A stretch of DNA of 54,334 nt. Source: an uncultured bacterium. Its GTDB lineage: Bacteria > Hydrothermota > UBA3073 > NMUJ01. Position 1 is the stretch's first letter, and every line of letters starts with the position of its first letter. Under the pieces are notes generated by a model. That model had not been told where the DNA came from and made no database searches. It saw nothing but the letters and a program-made list of their open reading frames with translations. Of the stretch, positions 27,800-37,134 are shown piece by piece. The DNA lies in contig CBFDTI010000003.1 of NCBI GenBank assembly GCA_965612795.1, positions 1-54,334 on the forward strand, written 5' to 3'. The position numbers were made by a program, and so were the translations under genes.

Positions 27800-29353
27800 A
27801 TGGATAGGAATTTTCTTGTTGCGTTGGTGTTGATAATTTTGGTATTACTCATATGGAGTATATTTTTCACACCTAAAAAGCCACCAGTTACACCAGAGGA
27901 GCAAGCTGCAGCTAAACCCGAATCCGTGGAGGTTGAACAACCACCTACACCAGCGTTACCAGTAATACCTGTGGCAGATAGTTTCGACACACCAACGTAT
28001 CGGATAGTGTTCACACAGAAAGGCGGTGGTATCAGTAAGATATACCTAAAGCACCACCTATTACCCAAAAGTGGCGGTTGGGTGCAGCTCGTACCCCAAG
28101 GTAAGGTAGCGTTTACTGAAAAGGTCAACCTAAACGGCGAAATCATCAACCTAGGTGATAGCCTTTATAGGCTAATAGATAGAACTGATAGCTCGGTTAC
28201 GTTCGAATTTGTAATCAAAGGTGATACGATTCGCAAAACATTCTATATGGATACTATCGATTATGGGATCAGGTTACATTATGAGTTACCGCAAACCACA
28301 AAGGAGTACGAAGTTATCGTACCTGGTATCGAGGCTACTGAAGAATGGGCTATGGAATACACATACTTTTCTGGTGTCATACGTACACTTGAAGGTGCAA
28401 GTACACACCCGATACGTGAGCTAGCACGTGGCGGCCATTCCGTCAAGGGCAAGATACTATGGGGGGTGACCAAAAACAAATTCTTCTTGATAGGATTGAT
28501 ACCTCAATCCCCCTCTATCGGTTATAGCATGTGGGCAACCGACCTCGCCCGTACAGCTGGTGGCTGTGGCGGGTTCGGCTGTATGGGGGCAGGATACAAG
28601 GGTTACATAGCGTTTAGTTTGATGTTGGAGCCACACACCACCGATATGTTCATATATGCAGGGCCGATGCAATATAAAGTGTTGACAGACCTGGGGTTAC
28701 GTGATGCGTACTACTTGGGGTGGCGCTGGATACGTCCCATATCAAGGGCATTGCTTGCAATCTTCTACGTAATACATAGAGTGGTACCTAATTACGGGTT
28801 GGTTATTGTTATTGTATCTGCACTCATAGCGTTTGCGTTTTACCCACTCAACCGTCACAACCAACGTGCAATGGTAGCATTACAGAGGTTACAACCCAAA
28901 ATACAGGAATTACAGAAAAAGTATAAAGATAACCCACAGAAGTTGAACCAAGCAATAATGGAACTCTACCGTAAGCATAGAGTTAACCCATTCAGCGGAT
29001 GTTTACCTCTACTCATACAGATGCCGGTATTCTTCGCATTATATGCGGTATTTACAACGACACCCGAACTTAGGGGTGCACGCTTCCTATGGGTGAAGAA
29101 TCTCGTACAACCTGATCCATACTTCCTATTACCTATACTTATGGGGGTTACCCTATTCATACAGCAGAAGTTCCAACCGCAAACCATGGAACAGCAACGT
29201 GGCATGACCAATATCATATTCCCTATACTTATAACCTTCCTGTTTATGAACTTCCCCGCCGGTATGGCGTTGTACCTGTTCACGTACAATATTGTTTCCC
29301 TCATACAGACTGTTTTGATACGACGTGAAGAGCTACGTAAGGTTCAAAAGTGA
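27800..29353 (+). CDS. yidC: Membrane protein insertase YidC (long diderm type)
   Basis: MDRNFLVA N-terminal TM, periplasmic domain, YAGP, NYGLVI, LQPKIQELQKKYKD, NPFSGCLPLLIQMPVF, DPYFLLP. Confidence 0.95.
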   Translation: MDRNFLVALVLIILVLLIWSIFFTPKKPPVTPEEQAAAKPESVEVEQPPTPALPVIPVADSFDTPTYRIVFTQKGGGISKIYLKHHLLPKSGGWVQLVPQGKVAFTEKVNLNGEIINLGDSLYRLIDRTDSSVTFEFVIKGDTIRKTFYMDTIDYGIRLHYELPQTTKEYEVIVPGIEATEEWAMEYTYFSGVIRTLEGASTHPIRELARGGHSVKGKILWGVTKNKFFLIGLIPQSPSIGYSMWATDLARTAGGCGGFGCMGAGYKGYIAFSLMLEPHTTDMFIYAGPMQYKVLTDLGLRDAYYLGWRWIRPISRALLAIFYVIHRVVPNYGLVIVIVSALIAFAFYPLNRHNQRAMVALQRLQPKIQELQKKYKDNPQKLNQAIMELYRKHRVNPFSGCLPLLIQMPVFFALYAVFTTTPELRGARFLWVKNLVQPDPYFLLPILMGVTLFIQQKFQPQTMEQQRGMTNIIFPILITFLFMNFPAGMALYLFTYNIVSLIQTVLIRREELRKVQK

Positions 29354-30336
29354 TGATAGTGCTTGGGGTTGACACATCATGTGATGATACCTCATGTGGT
29401 ATAGTTGATAGTGATGGCAAGATACTCGCAAATGTAGTTGCATCACAAGAGATACACAGTAAGTTTGGTGGTGTAGTACCTGAAATAGCGTCACGTGAAC
29501 ATACACGTAACATAATCCCGGTAGTAGAGAAGGCACTTACGGATGCTAAGCTTAGTTTGGACGAAATTGATGGGTTCGGTGTCACCTACGCACCTGGGTT
29601 AGTGGGTGCATTATTTGTCGGCTTGTCATTCATCAAAGCCATAAGCTACGGTACGGGTAAGCCATTCGTGGGGGTGAACCACCTCGAAAGTCACATATTT
29701 TCGATATTACTCGAACATCGTGTAGAATTTCCAACCCTCGTGTTGATAGTATCAGGTGGGCACACCGAACTCGTACTCGTACGTGCACCCGGTAGTTATA
29801 AATTACTTGGCAGCACACTAGATGATGCAGCGGGTGAGGTACTCGACAAGGTCGCACGTGTGTTGGGGTTAAAGTACCCGGGTGGGCCAAAGCTTGAGAA
29901 ACTTGCAAGGGATGGCGATCCACAAGCTGTTAAGTTGCCACGTCCGGAAATCTCAGGCTATAATTTTAGTTTCAGTGGGCTCAAAACCCACGCAATACAG
30001 TGCTTCAAACATCACCCCGACGTACGACGTGAGGATTTTGCTGCCAGCTTCCAGCATGCGGTCATGGATGCATTGGTGACTAAACTACGTAAAGCAGTAC
30101 GTGAGCTCAAAATACCACGAGTAGGTGTTGTAGGTGGTGTAGCAGCTAACGGCTATCTGCGTAACTTGATACGCGAGAGGTTACCAGATGTGGAGATTTA
30201 TTTCCCATCACGTAAACTGTGCACGGATAATGGTGCTATGGTGGCAGGTGTGGCACAGTTTCGGCTCAACCGCGGCGAGCGTAGCTCATTATCATTACGC
30301 CCATATTCTAGGTTACCTAAGGGTGGATTAGGATGA
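29350..30336 (+). CDS. tsaD: tRNA N6-adenosine threonylcarbamoyltransferase
   Basis: LGVDTSCDDT, GGVVPEIASREH, NHLESH, VSGGHT, DDAAGE, FSFSGLKT, GGVAAN, CTDNGAM. Confidence 0.97.
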   Translation: MMIVLGVDTSCDDTSCGIVDSDGKILANVVASQEIHSKFGGVVPEIASREHTRNIIPVVEKALTDAKLSLDEIDGFGVTYAPGLVGALFVGLSFIKAISYGTGKPFVGVNHLESHIFSILLEHRVEFPTLVLIVSGGHTELVLVRAPGSYKLLGSTLDDAAGEVLDKVARVLGLKYPGGPKLEKLARDGDPQAVKLPRPEISGYNFSFSGLKTHAIQCFKHHPDVRREDFAASFQHAVMDALVTKLRKAVRELKIPRVGVVGGVAANGYLRNLIRERLPDVEIYFPSRKLCTDNGAMVAGVAQFRLNRGERSSLSLRPYSRLPKGGLG

Positions 30337-33149
30337 TGGACTTGGCTATCGAGATACGTACACGCGATAATGCCGAAGGTAAACGTATAAAGCACGAAAT
30401 AGAGGAGCTAGGCTATAAAGTTGATAAGGTGGAGTTTAGCAAAATATACTTGCTGTTAGGTGTAGAAGCTAAGGAAATAGCCATCCGCATAGCAGAGGAG
30501 ATACTCATCGATAATGTGTGGGAGACATATGAGATTAGAGAATATCCATTTAAACCACAAGACGGCGAACTGATAATCGCATACAATCCTGGAGTCATGG
30601 ATCCCGTTGCCAACACCGCACGTGCAGTGATAAGCGAATGTGGCTATAAGATAGAAGAGGTAAAAGTCATGCGTAAGTATAGGTTATACGGTATACAGCG
30701 TGAAGCTATCACCCGTATAGCGGAAAAGCTGTTGTATAATAAGTTAATCGAACACATCAGTACAGGTGAACATATACTGTCGGTACCTACCTATAAGTTA
30801 GAAATTGTGACTGTACCGTTACGTGAGGCGACACCCGATGAGCTGCTATCGATATCACGTAACAGGGCGATGTTCCTGGATCTCAATGAAATGCGATCCA
30901 TACAACAATACTACCGCAAATTGGGGCGTGACCCCACGGATGTGGAGTTAGATACTATCGCAATACTGTGGTCGGAACATTGTTCACACAAGACGTTTCG
31001 TGGCAAGATAGAACTTGATACGCCAGTCGACGGCAAGAAGGTGATCGATAACCTGCTCAAAACATACATCATGCGTGCAACGGAGGAGATAGCACATCCA
31101 AGAGTATTATCAGCATTTAAGGATAACGCTGGTATTTTTGCGCTCGACGATAAATACGGGGTGGCGGTGAAAGTAGAAACACATAACCATCCATCAGCAC
31201 TCGAACCGTACGGTGGTGCAGCCACCGGTATAGGTGGTGTGATACGTGATATCTTGGGTGCGGGGTTAGGTGCCAAACCTATCGCCAATATCGATGTATT
31301 TCTGTTTGGGCCACTGGAATTACAACATGAGGAGCTACCACCGGGCGTATTGCATCCACGCCGTATAGCGAAGGGCGTGGTTAGTGGTGTACGTGATTAT
31401 GGTAACAAGATGGGTATACCGACAGTTAATGGTGCGGTGATATTCCATCCAGGTTACGTAACAAACCCTGTGGTCTATTGTGGCTGTGTAGGTGTAATAC
31501 CAAGGGATAAAATTCACAAGCAAGTACAACCTGGTGACGTAATTGTATTAGTGGGGGGTCGTACCGGGCGTGATGGTATACATGGGGCGACATTCTCGTC
31601 AGGTGAGATGGATACATCAACTGAGGCAAAGTTCATGACCGCAGTACAGTTAGGTGACCCCATCACTGAGAAGAAGCTACAGGATGCATTGCTAGTGGCA
31701 CGTGATAGAGGATTGTATCGGGCGATCACCGATTGTGGTGCTGGTGGTATCGCCACCGCGGTGGTGGAGCTTGGTAAATACACAGGTGCAGAGGTTGAGC
31801 TCAACCGTGTACCACTGAAATACGAGGGGTTAACCTATCGCGAGATATGGATAGCGGAGTCACAGGAACGTATGGTATTAGCGGTACCTCCGGATAAGGT
31901 GGACGAACTGGTAAAAGTATTCCAATCATATAACAGTGAAGCCACCCCTATTGGTAAATTTAGGTCCGATGGTAAGATTATATTGAAGTACGATGGTAAG
32001 CTGGTGGGTGAACTTCACACCAAATTTATATTTGAACAACAGCCGTTGGGCTGCAAAAAGGCAAGATTACCTAAATGTGTCGAATCGCCACACCGTACAC
32101 GTCAATATGATAGCAATACCATACGTGGATTGTTGTTAAAAATGTTAGCATCACCATTTGTTGCATCAAAAGACTGGGTGGTACGCCAATATGATCATGA
32201 AGTACAGGGTGGTAGTGTAATCAAACCACTCTATGGTGATGCAGCAGTTATCACACCATGGCCCGGCACTACATATGGTATAGCTATTGGGTGTGGGATC
32301 AATCCACTCTATTCCATACATCCATACAAGATGGCACAAGCAGCGGTTGACGAAGCCGTACGTCAGATAGTTGCAGTAGGTGGTAACCCTGATAACATAG
32401 CATTGCTGGATAATTTCTCATGGGGTAACCCTGAAGATCACGAAAAATTAGGTGCACTCGTGTTGGCAGCTAAGGGGCTGTACGATGCAGCTAAGGAGTT
32501 AGGTACGCCATTCATATCGGGTAAGGATAGCCTGCACAACGAGTTCAGGTTGGGTGATAAAAGTATATCGATACCACACACGTTGTTGGTCACAGCTATC
32601 GGTATCGTGGAAGATATCAATTACACGGTTACGATGGGGTTGAAACACATAGGGGATAGGATCGGTATCGTTGGCTCTACACTTAGCGAGTTGGGTGGCT
32701 CATTGTGGGCATATGTTGAGAACGAGCCATACGGTATTGTGCCAACATTTGATGGTGAGCTTGCCAGGAGGGTATACAGAGCGGTACATGAACTCATACA
32801 ACAGGGTATAATCGTAGCAGCACATGATGTATCAGAAGGCGGTATAGGGGTGGCAGTTGTCGAGATGGCACAAACTGGCCAGAAGGGGGTTACCATCGAT
32901 ATCAACAAAATACCACATGAGGGTGAGCTACGAGAATGGGAATTGCTGTTCTCGGAATCTAACTCGAGGGTGGTTGTTGAGATAGCAAAGGGTAAAGAAG
33001 CTGCATTCTTAGATATACTGGCGAAAAACGGTGTACCAGGTGACATAATCGGTGAAGTTATACCCGATAGCGAGGTGAAGTTCATCCATAATGGTGAGCT
33101 GCTGTTCTCAGTACCACCCGTGATACCACGGTATCCGGATTTCGCATAG
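30333..33149 (+). CDS. purL: Phosphoribosylformylglycinamidine synthase PurL with fused N-terminal PurS-like region, no glutaminase domain
   Basis: WSEHCSHK, KVETHNHPSALEPYGGAATGIGG, DCGAGG, ESQERM, QYDHEV, GKDSL, HDVSEGG. The first 150 aa or so contain 'PGVMDPVA' (PurS-like). Confidence 0.93.
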   Translation: MMDLAIEIRTRDNAEGKRIKHEIEELGYKVDKVEFSKIYLLLGVEAKEIAIRIAEEILIDNVWETYEIREYPFKPQDGELIIAYNPGVMDPVANTARAVISECGYKIEEVKVMRKYRLYGIQREAITRIAEKLLYNKLIEHISTGEHILSVPTYKLEIVTVPLREATPDELLSISRNRAMFLDLNEMRSIQQYYRKLGRDPTDVELDTIAILWSEHCSHKTFRGKIELDTPVDGKKVIDNLLKTYIMRATEEIAHPRVLSAFKDNAGIFALDDKYGVAVKVETHNHPSALEPYGGAATGIGGVIRDILGAGLGAKPIANIDVFLFGPLELQHEELPPGVLHPRRIAKGVVSGVRDYGNKMGIPTVNGAVIFHPGYVTNPVVYCGCVGVIPRDKIHKQVQPGDVIVLVGGRTGRDGIHGATFSSGEMDTSTEAKFMTAVQLGDPITEKKLQDALLVARDRGLYRAITDCGAGGIATAVVELGKYTGAEVELNRVPLKYEGLTYREIWIAESQERMVLAVPPDKVDELVKVFQSYNSEATPIGKFRSDGKIILKYDGKLVGELHTKFIFEQQPLGCKKARLPKCVESPHRTRQYDSNTIRGLLLKMLASPFVASKDWVVRQYDHEVQGGSVIKPLYGDAAVITPWPGTTYGIAIGCGINPLYSIHPYKMAQAAVDEAVRQIVAVGGNPDNIALLDNFSWGNPEDHEKLGALVLAAKGLYDAAKELGTPFISGKDSLHNEFRLGDKSISIPHTLLVTAIGIVEDINYTVTMGLKHIGDRIGIVGSTLSELGGSLWAYVENEPYGIVPTFDGELARRVYRAVHELIQQGIIVAAHDVSEGGIGVAVVEMAQTGQKGVTIDINKIPHEGELREWELLFSESNSRVVVEIAKGKEAAFLDILAKNGVPGDIIGEVIPDSEVKFIHNGELLFSVPPVIPRYPDFA

Positions 33150-33194
33150 AGGCAAATACACGTAAGTTTGCGTTAACTCTATGATGATTTAAAA

Positions 33195-36100
33195 CTACTT
33201 CACCAACACCAGCTTCTTTATGTCTCTGAATCCACCAACCTTCAGTTTACAGAAGTACACACCCGCAGATAGCTTACAGCCACGCTCGTCGGTACCATCC
33301 CATACCACCGTGTATGTGCCAGGTGGTTTATTGCTATCCACTAATGTACGTACTAACCTACCTGTTATATCGTAGAGCTTGAGGCTCACACGTAGTTTCT
33401 TACCATGTGCAGCTGCTACCTGGTACTTAATCGTGGTAGCTCCATTGAATGGATTGGGAAAATTCTGATACAATCTATTCACACCCACGTGTGGAAGCTC
33501 TTCCAGCCCCACGATTATCGAATCTGCCAGCACGTATATTTTGGGTTCATACCCTGTAAAGTATACACCGAAGTTGGCCAACCCCGCACCCTCCGTTTCT
33601 ACATATTCGTTATGCAGCACATCATTCATGTAGTACGTTGAATCCGGCGATATACCCAGTGAATCTATCGGTATTTGTAGCACTACGTAGTTACCACCTT
33701 CGTAAAAGTTGAACCCACATATAACGATATTGTCATCCGCCTTACGTAAGAATGCATATACAGTAGGTGAAGACGTACTTATTCGTACAATCTCATCCGT
33801 CCTAAGTGCTGGGAATGTATTCCTTATCCAGCACAACCTCCTGTAGTATGGCCGTAAGTTATATGGGTCACTCCAATCAATCCTATCCCGTAGTGTGAGC
33901 TCACCCACCTCCTGCCCCGCGTATATGAGCGGTATACCGGGTATTGTGAACAACAATGCAGCCATAAGTTTGGTCTGTTCCACTGTATGATACGCTATGT
34001 AGCGGGTTTCGTCATGATTTTCGAGAAACCTCAACGGAAACCTATCCTTTGGAAACGCATACCCGTAGTTTGTTATAACCTGATGTAATGCATCTATCTC
34101 ATCACCGGTGACACCACCATCAAATATATTGGCGAAATTCACCGGCGCTGCATGGTGTAGATTCCAGTCATATGCGAGATCGAACCTATGTCTGAAATAT
34201 CTGAAATCGGCCGCTGAAGCCTCTGCCAAAAGCAACGCATCGGGTTTTTTGGACTTCACACGTTCACGCCATATACGCCAATAGGTTGAATCCCTACCTT
34301 CCACCGCCCATGCTAAGTCACATCTGTAGCCATCGATATCGAACTCCGTCACCCAATACTCTGCCATATCTAGTAAATATGATTTTAGGTGTGGGTTGTT
34401 GAAGTTCAAATCTGGCAGGTCGGCACCTGCTGTCCATTGGTAGTTACCGTATTCATCCCACATGAAGTAGTCGTAGAAATGTGAGTACTCGCCATAGCTC
34501 TGTGCATCTATCATCCACGGATGTTGGTTAGAACAGTGGTTGATCACGTGATCGATGATGACCCTTATTCCATATGTTTTACATGTAGCAAGTAATTCAT
34601 GCAGATCCTCCTCTGTACCATAATCTGGTCGTATCCCGTAGTAATCGAGTACCGAATATCCGTTGGTATATGCGCTGGGGTTTATCGGCATAAACCATAT
34701 GCAGTTGATACCAAGGTCCTTCAATTCCGGTATACGAGCACGTACAGCGTTGAAGTTACCTTCTTCGCTGAATGATTGTACGAATATCTCGTAGATGATG
34801 GCATCCCTTATCCACTCTGCGATACTGTCGGTGGTTGCAACACTAACCGCACCATCTTTAACCCTTATAAACCTACGTGCAAAGTCTGTATTCCCGTCAG
34901 GGTCGGTAACTTTCAGAGTAAAGTAATATTCGCCATCCGTTGGTGGTACCTCAAACCATGTAGTGGCTGCGTCCGGATCATCAAACTCTATAGGTGCAGG
35001 GTTTGTTGTATCCGCGTACCACAAGTATGTGAGTGGATCACTGTCCGGGTCGTGACTTGTGCTACCATCCACCCGTATGCGGTTGCCATCGACATATACC
35101 GTATCGATGATAGCTTTGGGACTATGATCCACATACAGATGTAGGTTTATGCAGGGCGAATATCCCCAATAACCTGCACTATTCTGTGCTCTACATGAGA
35201 TGATGTTGTCACCTTCGCTTAATTTTACCTGTACCGAGAAGCATCCCCCCACTACGGGGATAGTGGTGTCTACCTCATTGACCGTAAGTATCGCCCAACT
35301 TATGGTGGTATCACTTATCGTACCATCAACTGTATAGATGGAATCGTACACCTCACCACTACGGGTGAGCAACCGCACCACCGGCCCTGGATTATACAAG
35401 GAGCTATCGATCTCATACGCCGATATTGTAGCTATACCCCTACCGATTGCATCAAGTGATACCATACGGGGGCCACCTAACCTACCTGCAGGTATATAAT
35501 TCCGTAACAGCTTATGTTGTAGCTCATCGGATTCGAAGAACATCACATCGTATATATCGGGATCTATGAAGTGTCCGCTACCACCAACCTCGGAATCGGG
35601 TTCGAACCCTGCCACCCACGTAAATACATAGAAATACCATGGTACGTTGTAGCTACCGAGTATCGTTTCGAGTGTCCCCAGATCGAGCTCAAAAACAAAG
35701 CTATCATCCACCACAGTTACAGGTATGGGGTCACCAATTACAGGTGGATACCTTTGTATATACAGGTGATTATCGACAGCTGTATCGCACATCGGTGAAT
35801 TAGGGTCAACAATTGTGAAAAATACACCGGTACCATTCCATTCACGGGTTTTGACCTCCAAAGCTTGTGGTAGCTCAACCATTGGGCCCACCGCATCACT
35901 TGCTATCTGGATGCCCAGCTTTGTATAACCCGTGATATTACGTATATGTACGCTAAACCTCAGCGAATCACCGCTTTCACTTATATGCAGTGCTATAAGG
36001 TCGCAGCTACCATCTTCCACACATACCGGATACGCGTAATGTTCGTCACACACTGCATCAACCGCATGGTAACCGCTACCCGATGGATATATACCAAAAA

Positions 36101-37079
36101 CCGAACTCACGTATCCATCGTTACCAGCGGTATCAGATAACGATATCGATATCACGTGTACCCCATACCCGAGGTTACTTATATTCGCGGTGATCACCAA
36201 GCTATCAGTATCGAATACATGTGGTATTACGCTATCGTCGACTGTCACGATGATCGAACTTTCATCAATCGGTGCACCATCATCATTCGTACGTACACGT
36301 GCGAATATGTTCACTGTATCGACATCATAGAATACCGCACAATATGGAGGTGAATCAACATACACACGTGGATGCAGCTCCTTGGTCACAACTATTACGG
36401 CATTTTGGAACTCACCCACATATACAGGGTTGTCGGGATCGGTCACCCATACGTAGCGGTTGACTACAAACTTATACTCGTACGTACCTTCGTAGAGGTT
36501 GACAATTTTCTCCCATACGTATGGGTTATCAGTCTGTATCATAGTCATTGACGGGTCGTTTGGTACCCAGCCATTGAAGTTACCGGCAAGGTTTACTTGT
36601 GTAACCTCACCTCCGATATATGGGAGGTTACAACTACGTGTATCGAGTACAAACCTAACCGCTACGATAGCGGGTGGCGTACCCATGTATATATGCCAAT
36701 CCCGACTGTTGTTGTTATCCCATTCATTTAGATTATTGTGGAAACAGAAATCTATCTGAGTAACCGACTCATCAGTGGCCAACTTTATGTTCCATATTGT
36801 ATCATCAAGCTGTGTCATGGGTGACTCTATTGCTGCACCGTCACCCCAAGCCCAGCTACCAGGTGGCCACAGGTCTTCTGGTGGTTCGTTCCATCCGTTT
36901 ATACCCCAGTGTAGGTTGATCCACCCGCTGCTTTCTGATAACATACCACATCGTGTATTGTAATAGATTGTGACAGAATCGCCAGGGTTGGGAATTTCGG
37001 GCGTCCACCACGCCTGGTTTTGTGCCCAAATTGGTACTATACAAAGGAGTGAAATTAAAATAGTATTCGCTCTCCACAT
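33195..37079 (-). CDS. Secreted multidomain GH13 alpha-amylase/amylopullulanase-like enzyme with starch-binding modules and T9SS-like C-terminal domain
   Basis: GH13 regions DHVINH, DGYRCDLA (nucleophile), LAEA (acid/base), FLENHDE. N-terminal 'LHWGINGW' CBM-like and 'LAGNFNGW...YEYKFVVN...W..DP.NP' CBM48-like modules, PKD-like 'DGSTSHDPDSDPLTYLW', CTD 'QNFPNPFN...WDGTD...AGVYF'. Confidence 0.9.
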   Translation of the reverse strand: MWRANTILISLLCIVPIWAQNQAWWTPEIPNPGDSVTIYYNTRCGMLSESSGWINLHWGINGWNEPPEDLWPPGSWAWGDGAAIESPMTQLDDTIWNIKLATDESVTQIDFCFHNNLNEWDNNNSRDWHIYMGTPPAIVAVRFVLDTRSCNLPYIGGEVTQVNLAGNFNGWVPNDPSMTMIQTDNPYVWEKIVNLYEGTYEYKFVVNRYVWVTDPDNPVYVGEFQNAVIVVTKELHPRVYVDSPPYCAVFYDVDTVNIFARVRTNDDGAPIDESSIIVTVDDSVIPHVFDTDSLVITANISNLGYGVHVISISLSDTAGNDGYVSSVFGIYPSGSGYHAVDAVCDEHYAYPVCVEDGSCDLIALHISESGDSLRFSVHIRNITGYTKLGIQIASDAVGPMVELPQALEVKTREWNGTGVFFTIVDPNSPMCDTAVDNHLYIQRYPPVIGDPIPVTVVDDSFVFELDLGTLETILGSYNVPWYFYVFTWVAGFEPDSEVGGSGHFIDPDIYDVMFFESDELQHKLLRNYIPAGRLGGPRMVSLDAIGRGIATISAYEIDSSLYNPGPVVRLLTRSGEVYDSIYTVDGTISDTTISWAILTVNEVDTTIPVVGGCFSVQVKLSEGDNIISCRAQNSAGYWGYSPCINLHLYVDHSPKAIIDTVYVDGNRIRVDGSTSHDPDSDPLTYLWYADTTNPAPIEFDDPDAATTWFEVPPTDGEYYFTLKVTDPDGNTDFARRFIRVKDGAVSVATTDSIAEWIRDAIIYEIFVQSFSEEGNFNAVRARIPELKDLGINCIWFMPINPSAYTNGYSVLDYYGIRPDYGTEEDLHELLATCKTYGIRVIIDHVINHCSNQHPWMIDAQSYGEYSHFYDYFMWDEYGNYQWTAGADLPDLNFNNPHLKSYLLDMAEYWVTEFDIDGYRCDLAWAVEGRDSTYWRIWRERVKSKKPDALLLAEASAADFRYFRHRFDLAYDWNLHHAAPVNFANIFDGGVTGDEIDALHQVITNYGYAFPKDRFPLRFLENHDETRYIAYHTVEQTKLMAALLFTIPGIPLIYAGQEVGELTLRDRIDWSDPYNLRPYYRRLCWIRNTFPALRTDEIVRISTSSPTVYAFLRKADDNIVICGFNFYEGGNYVVLQIPIDSLGISPDSTYYMNDVLHNEYVETEGAGLANFGVYFTGYEPKIYVLADSIIVGLEELPHVGVNRLYQNFPNPFNGATTIKYQVAAAHGKKLRVSLKLYDITGRLVRTLVDSNKPPGTYTVVWDGTDERGCKLSAGVYFCKLKVGGFRDIKKLVLVK

Positions 37080-37084
37080 AATAC

Positions 37085-37111
37085 AAAAGGGAGGGGGATA
37101 TCCCCCTCCCT
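37085..37111 (-). terminator. GC-rich palindromic hairpin with T-tail, directly upstream of the amylase start
   Basis: AGGGAGGGGGATATCCCCCTCCCT (37088-37111) is a perfect 24-bp palindrome; on the minus strand it continues TTTGTATT ATG. Confidence 0.75.
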
Positions 37112-37134
37112 CATAGCCGTCACCTTACGATGTA

